A stretch of DNA of 64,000 bases from Sphaerodactylus townsendi. Taxonomy: Eukaryota. The DNA lies in assembly GCF_021028975.2 (NCBI RefSeq), contig NC_059437.1:33914001-33978000 (forward strand), in the 5' to 3' direction. Shown here piece by piece: positions 13,383 to 24,880 of this stretch. The position numbers were made by a program, and so were the translations under genes. The notes under the pieces were generated by a model that worked only from the letters and a program-made list of their open reading frames with translations, made no database searches and was not told the origin of the DNA. Position 1 is the first letter of the stretch. Each line of letters begins with the position of its first letter.

Positions 13383-16300
13383 CAGTTCAGTAGACATGAA
13401 CTGAAACTAGTTCTTGCAAGTAAATGGCAAAAGGTGACACAAACTATAGTTCAGGCAGGGAAATCTGTTTTCTCAAGCCAATTATTAGGAAGGGTTTTGA
13501 ATCTTCAATTGTGTAATCAGCAACAAAAGCATTTAGAACTAGTCCAGGTGTTGTTTGGGGGAGTGATGAGACCCAGGACACCTAGCATGATGGTTGACAT
13601 GATGATGCCTTTTGCCTTCACAGAATCAAAAGACTCTGGTGTTATCATCTGTCTTGTCTTAAATCTTTTCTCTGTGAATTCATTAACTGAGCCTTTAAAA
13701 AGACAAGAATGCATATTGTAAACCCTAACATTTTATTTCTTTGGTCAGTGCGGGTATAGAATTTAATACTTTTCTGTGTTTTTTGTGAAATGTTAGAAAA
13801 TAACATATGCGATGATGAGCAGGCATACGGTAGACTCTGAACTTTTTTGTCTCTGCAGATCCAGTACCGGGGCCTATTTCAGATGGTCCTGGTACTAGGA
13901 ATAGGTGGAAGCTTCCCTTACGGGTTCCATATTTCAGTAATCAACTATCCCTCCTCGGTAAGCCAATGGTTTTCCATTTGGGTCTTAGCTGTGTGCTTAT
14001 TTGAAGCAGTATTTGAGATTCCATTTTATGACAGCTTTTTGTTGTGAAAGGAAAAATGAGTGGTTTCCATCTTATGTCTCAAAACAAAAGTCTGGCAAAT
14101 GTTTGCAAGAGAAATCCCTTTCTTGTAGGATTTTCTAAGGAAACAATGGTCCTAATTTCTGGCTACCCTTCTCCTTTTGAATATTACGTTTTCAAACGTC
14201 AAAAAATATAGCATAGCACACCTACTGTAACAGTCAGCAGACTTGGAGGACTTCTGGACAAGAGACCTCCTAGCTTGCTGCACAGGCAGATTGTGAAATC
14301 GTAAGGAACACATTTATAGGAATCACAAAGATTCCCCATTAGTTTCAAAGCACAGTTCAAGGCTTTGATCATTCTGATTATTCCTCAGTTCCACTGTCTG
14401 TTCATTTAAAACTGAATTGGCCCTTCATTGGTTTTTATTGGAAGCTTCTGGCTTTTAAAAAATTGATTTGCAAGAAATGCTTTGATTGCATCTTTATTTA
14501 ATGATGGATGAGCAAATGTTTTATGGCTGGCTTATTAGTTTAATAGTATGCTTGGCATTTTTGTTGTCCAATTCTCTGTGTTTTTGTTATTAATCTGGAA
14601 ATTGCCTCAATAGTTCTTTGAGTTGAGAGATGCCTGTTACAAATAGTTTAAATAAACAAACAGGTTGTCTCTGGTTTTCTGCAGCTTCTGCCATATTCTT
14701 AATTAGAAAAAAAACTCATGAGAGAGTCTGTGAAGATATTTAAAGAAACAAAATACTGAGCTGCACATTTTTCTTGAATGGCATCTTAAAACTGGCAAAG
14801 TAGTATGAAAACAATCCATGTTTTTTTGTAAAACATATAATTTCTGCTTACAGTATATTAAAACCTTTATCAATGAAACCTGGATGGAGCGGCATGGCTC
14901 ACCCCTCTCTCAGGAGACTATCCTCTTAATGTGGTCCTTCATTGTGTCCATCTATGGATTAGGAGGCCTTCTAGGAAGCGTTTGCTGTGGTTACCTCACC
15001 ACAAAATATAGGAAGTAAGTATTTCAGGTACCTGGAACATTTGATCTTCTCAACGCTGTTTCTGAAATGGAACTCAGTCTTACCAGAAATCACCATCCTG
15101 TCCTAGAACTTGGCTTGCATAACTGAAAGCAGCCTGTCAATTGATAGCATCTCTGTCCTATGGAAAGGTGTCCCTTTATATTTACACTCCCCTATAGCAG
15201 CTCCCTGAACCTGGCTATAGTGTCTGGAAGTCTCTGTCCCACATGATGTAAAGTTGAGACCTGAAGGTGGGTTTGGGCGCCGGTTGTGTTAGGATTTATG
15301 GGGAATACAGAACATTTACCATTGGAAACAGCAATTTTTTAAAAATTAAAAAGTCAAGCTACATCAAAATTCAATGCAAGGCATCAACAAAAAGCCAGTA
15401 TCAAAAACCAAGTTGCCTAAATTAATCAATCAATCTTTATTACAGTCATAGACGAGCTTGTGTGTGTGTGTGTATTAATCTACTGGTAATAAGAAATTGA
15501 AAACACAAAAAAGTATGGAAGCATTAAACAATAGTATAAAAGCATAAGTATTAAAAGGGAACAAAAGCTTTAAAGGCCTATAAAAAGGGGGGAAAGGCAT
15601 AGGGAGCAATACAATCGGTAAATAAAAGGCTAGATAAAATCATTAAGTCTGCTTTGTAACCATCCTGCGATGTATCGCAATAGCTGCTACACAAAACCTG
15701 GCAGTATTGTATGTTATGTCAGGACTGATTTCTGCAAGCAGCAAGGAAATATAAAATTGCCTATATGAAAATATGCAAATTACAATGACTGATCATTGAC
15801 ATCACTGGTTAATAACCTATAACATTTCTGCAGCCTGAGCACTGGTTGATGTGAGTCTTTTATTAAGCATTGGCATGTACAAGGTCTTGCAATAAGTAAT
15901 ACAAGGCCAAAGCATGTTGAGATTTTTCCTCCCTGTTTGGTAGAATTATCCAGACGGCTGGCTGACCAAGTAGCTCCTATATTGTGTGATGAGCCATCAT
16001 CTGATTTCTCCCTTAATCATGTCACAACAAAAGATACATGCTGCTATAGATGGCAGCAGTCAAGATGTTGCTCAAAACCCATCCAGGAATAGCTGCTAAC
16101 CACCCTTTTCTTGCTGACTTTGTTGCAGAAAGAAGTGCCAGATGTTCACCAACTTGATTATGTTGGTTGCTGCAATGTTCATGGCTTTTAGCAAGATGGC
16201 CAAATCCTTTGAAATGATATTCCTTGGACGCCTCCTTTGTGGAATAGGCATCGGTATGCAGAAATCATCATGGCTGCCATAAAACTGTGCAGGGTCATTA

Positions 16301-19300
16301 AAAACCTATGTACTTTAGTAGATTTTTACTCTTGTTTCCAACCAGATTGGCTCCTTAGGGTGTTACAGTTTAAGTCTGTAATACTATACGACAGAAATAA
16401 TGACTTGTAGAATTTATCTGACTGGCTGACTGAACTGCAGACAAGAGAACAAAAGGTTTGACTATGCTGAAGAGAAAGCTTTTTTCAATGTGTTATGCAA
16501 TAGAAATGTGGGAGAGGCTATCATTACAGGGTGGCATCCTTGCTCTCATTTCATACCTGAAGTGATTGGTTCTAATCCTGCCCAAGCTGTTTGCTGACCA
16601 TCTGCTGCGGATGGACTGTCCTTCCCAAGGGCTTGTTTTCATGATCAGGAATTCCAGACATCCAGTGTGATGCAGTGGTTAGAATGGGAGACAGGGGGTG
16701 CAGGGAGACTGGCTTCAAGTTCATTCCCAACCATGAAATAAATTGGGCCAGTTGCTCTCTCTCAGCTGAATTTACCTCATAACTTTGTTGTGAACATAAA
16801 ATGTAAGAGGGGAGCTTCGGATGGCTCACATAGTACTCCGCTCTTACATTTTATGTTCACAACAAAGTTATGAGGTAAATTCAGGGAGCAAATTCAGGGA
16901 AGGGAACAAAGATGGGGTTGATGAACAGGTGTTGTTATTGATGCAGGACTCTTGAATCCAGAATCTGAAGTCACTTGCTACAAATTTAACAGCAGCCACT
17001 CCATCGTGAGTGTGAACAATTTGAGTACATGTCCGTACTGGAAATTTCAAGATCTGTCATATCATACCCTATGTGTTGAACCATTCACAAATTACCTTTC
17101 AGACATGTAATGCCACTAAAAAGTCAGTTCTGACTGACTGCAAAGTCAAACCAACAGTTATAGGTATAATGATTTACAGGGATTTCATTTCTTTCTCCCT
17201 TTACTTAAGGATTTTCTTTCAACATACACCCTCAATATGTGGGAGAGATTTCACCCAAGAAGCTGCGTGGTTTTACAAATGCCACAGTGGCTGTTTTTTT
17301 GACCCTGGGAAAAGTCTCAGGGCAAATTGTTGGCCTCAGGTAAGTGCAGCTACCTCAATACTATGCAAAAATGTATCTGTAAAAAATTCTTGAAAGCCTT
17401 TAGCATCTCTAATGGTACTACATAAACATTAAATTATTTAAATGCAATTAATTTATTTGATCATTTAAATTTTGAAACTGCTCACCTTGGGTTGGGCCAC
17501 TCATCTATGCAAAGTTCTGATTTGAGGTGTAGAATTCAAATTGGAGTTATAAGCCACATTATCATTGCTGATTGCACAGCATGACATTTTGTATGGTGAT
17601 CTGTTTTCATCAGATTTGATAAAGCCCTGCTTGTATTTTAACTTTTCCAGATCAGCTAAAGCTAAAAAAGAATTGCCTGCTCAAAACAATTTTGAAACTG
17701 CTCACCTTGGGTTGGGCCACTCATCTATGCAAAGTTCTGATTTGAGGTGTAGAATTCAAATTAGAGTTATAAGCCACATTATCATTGCTGATTGCACAGC
17801 ATGACATTTTGTATGGTGATCTGTTTTCATCAGATTTGATAAAGCCCTGCTTGTATTTTAACTTTTCCAGATCAGCTAAAGCTAAAAAAGAATTGCCTGC
17901 TCAAAACAAATTTTGGTCTGAAAATATGGATAGCAATCATGACTGTTTTATTTCCCATCTGAATTAATTTATGGAACAGAATCTTAAACAATAACAAATG
18001 GAATAAGAATGAAGTCACACTGTACCACAGTATCTTGCATTTTTTAAAAAATCTGATCTTTCATTACACCTCAGATAAAATGTGTTTGTTTTGGGGGTGA
18101 GGGGTGGAAAAATCTGTACTGGAAGTCTCAGATGTTGCAACGGAAACAGTACTATTTTGACATACAAAAATGCTGGATTAAATTTTCTATTTGACACTTG
18201 AATGATGAATTAATGTTCTTTTTAATTTTTCTATCGAGAGGGGAGAGAAATAGAATGTTTAAATTATTTTGTTTCTGTTTTGATTAGAGTTTTCAGACTC
18301 AATACAAGTCTGAACTCTTGTGCTTTGCAGAATTGTGAAGGAAGGTGAACTTGGGCACACGTGTCTTTTCTCATAGTAGATGCATTTATAGGATTAGGTA
18401 GATTCATGGACCAAGTTCCATCAATAACAATTAAGCTATGGTGACAAAAGGAAACCTTCACATTTAGAAGCAGTTAATCTCTAAATACCACAGCTAGGAG
18501 GCAACAGCATTAAAGGCCTTGGCCACTGCTTCCTTTTGGCCCTTCAGAGCAACTGGTAGGCCACATGTGAAACAGAATTTCAGACCTGAAGGACCAGTGG
18601 TCTGATCCAACAGGAGAAGAGCATTGCTCTTTTTGCATAGCATGTCAATAGTGGATAACGTTCAGTTCCTGACTATCAATCTGCTGCACCTACACCATCA
18701 AGTAGCTGTGAAATTTGGCTCTTAATAAATCCTGGCTCTCAGAAGAAAAATGCCTGAGCATGGCTGGACACTGATTTATGTCTACTGTCTCCACAGGGAA
18801 ATGTTGGGAAGTGAATCTCTGTGGCCTTTACTGCTGGCTTTTACTGGATTCACAGCAGTAATTCAACTGATTATACTCCCTTGCTTTCCTGATTCCCCAC
18901 CATACCTTCTGATTCAGAAAGGCAATGAAGAAGCCTTCAAGAAAGGTAGGAGACCTCCCTCCTCTTAATTCATTTCATTAACATAACACTCAATTGAAAA
19001 AAAAAACAGTTTTGAGGCCATGGTGGAAATCATGAAATTCCTCACATTTGGGAAAGGAGATGTCCATATTTCTGTCATTTGGGGGCAAGACTGGTGATGG
19101 AACACTTGGTCACAATCAGTGCTGGTCTATCATTTTTTTGTTCAGAACCTGCACACCTGGGTACCAGGGAGTGTCAAAGTAGTCACAGGTGCCCTTATCT
19201 ATTAGCCTCACTGATTAAGCAGCTGCCGCTGCCTCATCTTCCATATAAATCAGTTAAAGGTTGGCTGAGCAGATGGATGGATTCAGACATGTAGGTCCTT

Positions 19301-22273
19301 CCGTGCCACAGCTATCAAGCAGCTCTGGGGCGAAGGTGACCATCACGCTGAGATCGAAGACATAAAACAAGAGAAGGCAACCATGGCAAGCTCCAAAAGT
19401 CTGCGAGTCCTTGAGGTTCTGAAGACCCAGTCCTTGCGCTGGCAGCTCTATGTGATGATCACCGTCATGACCACGTTGCAGCTCTGTGGCATCAATGCAG
19501 TTGAGTGTTTATTCGCAATGGATCCAGCAGCTGTTGGGTTCCTACGTTAATCAGGAATGACAAGAGTTACATAGCCTGCAGCAGATCCAAGCAGGTTTTG
19601 TGGAATTGAATAACCCATTCCATAAAAGAATCTGAAATCGTCATCTAAAAATATCTACCACTGCTTTAAATCAATTCTACTTGTAGTGGCATCCCAAATA
19701 CATATCAACAGTGCCCTCCCTCTGTCTGTATGGAGAACAAAGGTGAAACTACTGTGAGTTTTAATGACTCCTGGGAAAGATTTAGCCTACAATACAAAGC
19801 CCAAGGAAGTAGGATGTCCCTTTGGTGTCCAAAGAAAGTAGTGGATCTCAGCCTTTTAAAATGGGATATATCATTTTTCACTGTAACTTTTTTTGTTTAA
19901 TTTGTAGACCACTGTTCTTATTGTCAGTCAAGGTAGATTGCGTTCAAAGGAACTCCACCCTACTTTTCCCCTACTGATCATAAAAACTCAGCAATCTCAC
20001 ACTAAACATGTTCATATTTTATTCTTTGTACTTCCTGGTACATATATATATATATAGCATTATTGGGCATCAGACTGTATTTCATGGCCATTTTGCATAT
20101 TATATAGGGGCAAACTCAAATTTGCCATTCACTTTGCTCTCCCAAACTAACTCTATTCTTCCTCTTCTCTTCCCACCTGTGAGAATTGACCCACAATTCT
20201 GATTAGGGAACTATCCATAATGCATGCACATAATCCTTGCTACTCCATGTGCAGAACATATCCTGCTTGCAGGAAAAAAATGGAGGCAAAGATCATTTGC
20301 ATAAGTGGAACAGTATGTGGGCATCAAAACGGTTGGATTCAAGCTTCACTGTGTAAAACAACTCAAGTCTTTCTCCTCTTTCCTTCTGCCTCTTCAGATC
20401 TACTTCTACTCTTTTGAAGTCTTCCGCACAGCCAAGTTTGAAGAAGCCCTCATCCCATATTTATCTTTGGGTGTTGGTCTTTGTGAATGCATCTCATCCA
20501 TATTGTGTGTAAGTTTGGAAAACATAGAGACGTTTAAATGAGAATGGATTATTTCTGTTTCTGTGTCTGCAAAGTCATGGGGAATGTTGGCAGGTTCTTC
20601 ATATCCTGTCTTATACTTCTGAAAATAGGCTGGTGACTTACTGCTCTCCCAGGTGGACAATTAATGCCTCCATCCCCCAATGCCCTGATTTTGTCTTCCA
20701 GAGTTCCCTTATTGAGCGTTTTGGCAGGAAAGTGCTGCTCTGGGGAGGCTATGCAATGATGGTTTTGGTGCTTGCTCTACTCACACTGACTCTTTCACTC
20801 CAAGTAAGTAGAATGGAACCTACCATTGAAGGGGCTGTCTTAAGTAGCACATTTGGGGAACCATTAAGAGTGGTACAGGATGGATGCATCTGAGCTGTGA
20901 TGACCCAATCCAGATACACCATTTCAATGTATCTCTTTGTATCTAAACCTCAAGAACTTGACATCCTCACCCCAAACTTCAGTTGTCTTGGCAACAAACA
21001 GCAAGTTCACTGAAAACATTTTTAAATGTTTTCTTTCTCACTCTAGCATCGCTTCATTTGGATGCACAACTTCAGTGTCATTCTCATCTTCTTGTTCGTT
21101 CTCTTCTATGGGATTGGACCTTGTAAGTACCTCTGCATAGAGCATATTGTGGGCCAGGGGGTTTAAAGCCTAGCAATGTAAACAGCAATCCAGGCCTATG
21201 GATCCCTAGACAGATTTATTTTCTGATACAGAAAGTTCCTGGCTGCTTAGTCAACAGGAGAAGGAGGAATGAGTTGCTATTGCCAGCCTACTTCCAAATG
21301 TATATTTTAACTGCTTCTGAGTGGGGATGTGTCTTTGTGCCTCTACTGCAACTTCTGGTATCAGCATCATGCTCTGGACCTGTGTTTGTGGGGAAGAGAG
21401 AATAGTTCTCAGCTGGTGGTTAGTATAGCAAGGGTATATATATTAGGGGTATAAAAGACTCGTAGACTGCAGCCATTCCACATGTCTTCCCTGTCTCCTC
21501 CATGGGTAAATTGCAGTGCCAGACTGTGAGCCACCCCAAAAATCTTCACTGGGGGCAGATACAGCAAATTGTTTTAGATGCATGTCTCAGCCCCATCTAA
21601 TATGGGGTATGGAAGAGCAATGGGGAGTCAGTGTGCTTTGGATTTATTCTTCCAGCCGGAGCCACAATATCGGTCATGGTTGAAATCTTCAGTCAGGCCT
21701 TCCGCCCATCAGCCTTTGTGATCGTGGGGTTTATCAACTGGATGGGTCTTTTTCTGCTTGGAATGACCTTCCCAATCTTTGTGGTAAGAGATTCAAAACT
21801 GGTGGTCAAATGAGAATTTACACAAAGTATATGGAAAAGTACTAGGCGCTCAGTTGTTAAGCCAGTGTAAAATCATTACTGTAATAATATTGTTGCCTGG
21901 TGCTTAAAAGTAGGTTATTGTTTGCCTGAATTCCTGATCAGTGCCTAAAAAAATCAGTGTGGTCCAGGCCTTGCCCTGATCTATACACTGGCCATGATTG
22001 TTAGAAACCCTTTGGCTCTGAAGGTGCTTTAAAAGGGGTTATTTTTTTCTTTCTCTCTGTTTTTAGGAATATCTTGGACCCTTTTGCTTTCTGATTTTCA
22101 TGGGAATTCTTGCTGTTTCTGGAGTATTCATCTACCTGTTCCTCCCGGAAACAAAGGGGAAATCCATTGTGGAAATTACACAGGCATTTGATAAGTTAAA
22201 TTACAGCAAGAAAAAAGTGTTTCCTGCAGAGAACAGTTCTCCTAATGCAACAGTCTTTTGCACCAGACTTTGA
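10391..22273 (+). CDS. Class II facilitative sugar/urate transporter, SLC2A11-like paralog B; complete, 12 coding exons, 499 aa
   Basis: Exons 10391-10414, 13859-13957, 14854-15014, 16129-16253, 17210-17339, 18797-18945, 19312-19499, 20398-20508, 20702-20803, 21047-21122, 21656-21783, 22067-22273. Sum 1500 nt in an open frame. GLUT motifs: N-glycosylation site NET in loop 1, GEISPKKLRG, PDSPPYL, QLCGINAIYFY, ERFGRK, PETKG. Exon 1 (MGSFRSDL|gtgagt) is the least certain. Confidence 0.93.
11273..11773. mobile_element. PIF/Harbinger-type non-autonomous element
   Basis: TIRs GGCCCTTTCTGCAC / GTGCGGAAACGGCC, 3-bp TSD CTT, CpG-rich interior with internal palindromes (AAAAACCTCCCTCC/GGAGGGAGGTTTTT). 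Confidence 0.72.
12629..13030. mobile_element. Older, degenerate Harbinger-like element
   Basis: Starts GGCCCTTCCGCAC, like the 11273 element; the right end (TGCGCAGACGTGGCC) is degenerate. Confidence 0.4.
13030..13380 (+). mobile_element. 3' remnant of a non-LTR retrotransposon (L1/Tx1-like ORF2 C-terminus) with an (AAAT)n tail
   Basis: Translation LCACHLKSVESVDHIFLCC resembles the C-terminal CCHC knuckle. It is followed by AATAAA and an (AAAT)n run at about 13347-13379. Confidence 0.55.
16766..16884. repeat. Perfect inverted repeat of about 44 bp (hairpin) at the 3' end of a degenerate SINE
   Basis: CTGAATTTACCTCATAACTTTGTTGTGAACATAAAATGTAAGAG ... CTCTTACATTTTATGTTCACAACAAAGTTATGAGGTAAATTCAG. 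Confidence 0.9.
17468..17907. repeat. Tandem duplication of unique intronic sequence, 2 x 220 bp
   Basis: Units 17468-17687 and 17688-17907 differ at one position that I could see (ttGgag vs ttAgag). Duplicated ORF starts at 17565 and 17785 confirm the 220-bp period. Confidence 0.95.
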
Positions 22274-22357
22274 CTATGCAACTGCACAAATATCAGCAGG
22301 GGGTTGGGTGGAAATCATCTTTAATGCTATTAAAAGTGAAGCTCTGGCATCAATTGA

Positions 22358-22363
22358 AATAAA
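22358..22363 (+). terminator. Polyadenylation signal of SLC2A11-like B
   Basis: AATAAA 85 nt after the stop codon, followed by T/GT-rich sequence. Confidence 0.55.
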
Positions 22364-22797
22364 CATTTTGTATTGTTCTGTCATTCCTTCTATTATAAAT
22401 GTCAGAGACCTAGTGTAGGGGTTTGAGTGCTGGATTAAGATCTAGGAAACCTAAATTCAAATTGCTACCATGAATCTTACTACATGGTCTTGGGTCAGTC
22501 AGTCTCTCAGGCTAATTAGAGTTGTTATGAGGACAAAATGGAGACAGGGAGGTAACCATGTATGCTGTCTTGGGTGTCCTGAAGTAAGATGGTATATGAT
22601 GTATTCAGAAGCATAAATTTATGGTGGCGAATTTCCTGTGTGGCAAGCCATATACCTTGTCTTTGAGATGAGATAGAAGCTGCCTGGGTAGTTCTAGCTC
22701 TTATCAAGTTCCAGTGCCATATAATACAGTTCAAAAATTTCATCTCAGGACACTTCTCAATATAATAAATATCTGAACTGAACCAATTATTGCACAA

Positions 22798-23697
22798 AGC
22801 TGGGAGTTAGCAGCAGACATTTTCCTGAGACAAAATGTGTGCCAGATGCATTGAAAGGGTTGTTTTAAAAATTCCCAAATTAGCCTCAAACAGACTGACT
22901 ACTAGTATCCTTCTACCTTGATGTACCAGAGAGGAGGGACAACGGTCATTTGTCAGTTTTCTTGGGGTCAAGGGGCTTGTTCCTGTCCAGTACAGTGATC
23001 CTCCAGTAGCCATTTCACCGGATATAAGAGTTATACATGATTTTCACTTTCTCTCATTCCTTTTTTAAAGAATGTGTACAATTAGATGGCCAGCCATTAT
23101 TTTAAATTGCAAACTGGCTTTTCAGGGGGGTTGCTGTGTGGTAACCGAAACAACCCAGAGTCTTGTCAAAACTTGAAGACTAGCCTTTTATTGTGGTTTA
23201 AGATGTTGGAAGCCAGAGGCTACTTCATAATTCTCACAGACACACAGCAGAAGAAACTGTCAGCCGGAGAAGGCAACAATGAGCTAGCTGTACCAGTGGG
23301 CTGCCAGTTTCCCATGTTTTTCCATCCCAGGCTGGTTCTGTTTTTCAAAGTAAGGTGAAACCAGCCTTAGGGGACATCTTCTGGAATGGTAAATATTGTG
23401 AACGTTGCAATAATGGTTGTGCAGCTTGTGTTACCTGAGCCTGAATTCCATTAGGCCAGAGTGCAGAAAAGAAAGAACTGCACAGTGAATTCCCTTCCTC
23501 AGACAGCCTGTGCTAGATGGCACTGAGATTACTATGACCACAAATGACCACTCTCTCTCCTCTCTGGTACTTCAAGGTAGAAGAATATCTCTACTAGTAG
23601 TCAGTCTGAGGCTAATTTGGGAATTTTTAAAACAACCCTTTCAATGCATCTGACACACATTTTGTCTCAGAAAAATGTCTGATGCTAACTCCCAGCT
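22798..23697. repeat. Inverted repeat pair of about 105 bp (22798-22907 and 23592-23697) enclosing about 685 bp
   Basis: AGCTGGGAGTTAGCAGCAGACATTTT...CAGACTGACTACTAGTA matches the reverse complement of TACTAGTAGTCAGTCTG...GATGCTAACTCCCAGCT with a few substitutions and a 4-nt indel. Confidence 0.9.
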
Positions 23698-23800
23698 GCA
23701 GTTCCGTCAAAGATCATATTCTCATAATGGAAATGAGGTTAACCTCCGCCCTCCCTCCCTCCCTCCCTCCCTCCGCAACGAAGAAGCTGAGGATTTAGAC

Positions 23801-23948
23801 CAGGGGTAGGGAACCTGCGGCTCTCCAGATGTTAAGGAACTACAATTCCCATCAGCCTCTGTCAGCATGGCCAATTGGCCATGCTGGTAGGGGCTGATGG
23901 GAATTGTAGTTCCTGAACATCTGGAGAGCCGCAGGTTCCCTACCCCTG
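23801..23948. mobile_element. 148-bp palindromic hAT MITE (same family as 3179-3326, opposite orientation)
   Basis: Same TIRs; 8-bp TSD ATTTAGAC. Confidence 0.93.
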
Positions 23949-23989
23949 ATTTAGACTGTAGACGTGCTGCCTCTCACGGACACTCTTCA

Positions 23990-24880
23990 CCAGCAATGCC
24001 CCTCTTTCCAGGGGAGTGGCCGTGGGCGGCTGATCTCTCGGGCCGAGTCGACAAACTACTAGAGCAGCGTTACTGTTGGGTCTTTTTGTCTCTGCCTCGC
24101 TCCACTTGCTAAGTAAACGCCACAGATGGATTTGCGGCGAAAATCAGACTTGGGAGGAGGGTCACAGATTCCCCCTGGCGGCGCCCCTGTTTGCAACCAG
24201 ATTCGCTTTGTTCTCACTAACCTCCGGATGTCGTATGCAGAAATGGGATGCCCTTAAGGGAGTGGGGTGCCATTGGCGATATGCAGCCGGACACGGAGAC
24301 CCTGTCCGCGCGCGCGCCTGATTGCAAAGGCTGAATGGGCACAGGGTTCTGCTGGCCCTTTAAGCGCGCGCCTGGGAGCCGCCTACAAAGTAGAGAGGCG
24401 CTCCCGCTTTCCGCTCAGTAAGTCGTGCTGCGTGCCGCCAAGATGCCCATGCTCGTGGTTAATACCAACGTCAGCCGTGAGGCCGTGCCCGAAGGCCTGC
24501 TCGGGGAGCTGACCAAGCAACTGGCCAAGGCTACCGGAAAGCCAGCCCAGGTAAGCGGCGACGTCGGAGCGGAGCCTGTCCGGTGGGGTTCTGCTGCGCA
24601 GCTTTGGCAGGCCTTCCAGCCCTGGGGAAGGAGGGGGGTACTTTGGCCTCCTACCAATCCCTCCTCGAAATCGGAGCCATAAACCCACCCCACGAAAGGG
24701 CAGAATATTTGCACAGTGTCCTTAAAAATGCATTTTTATTTTGGTGATTCGAGAGCGGGGCAACGACGGTGTAGAGCTGCGAAAAGTGTGCCGTGAGTGA
24801 AAGAGCGGGTTGGCGGTGATCAAGACTTCAATTGTTAAAGTTATGGGCTGAACCTGAAACCTTCGCGAGGCAAAGCTAAG
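23990..24880 (+). promoter_or_regulatory. CpG-island promoter and first exon region of MIF
   Basis: Dense CpG (for example CGCGCGCGCC) against a CpG-poor background; GC box GGGCGG near 24024; Kozak-like GCCAAGATG. Confidence 0.75.

Noticed and set aside
13811-13840. C-box (ATGATGA) and D-box (CTGA) pair suggesting a snoRNA
   Set aside because: They span only about 30 nt, have no terminal stem, and overlap the branch-point region of an acceptor.
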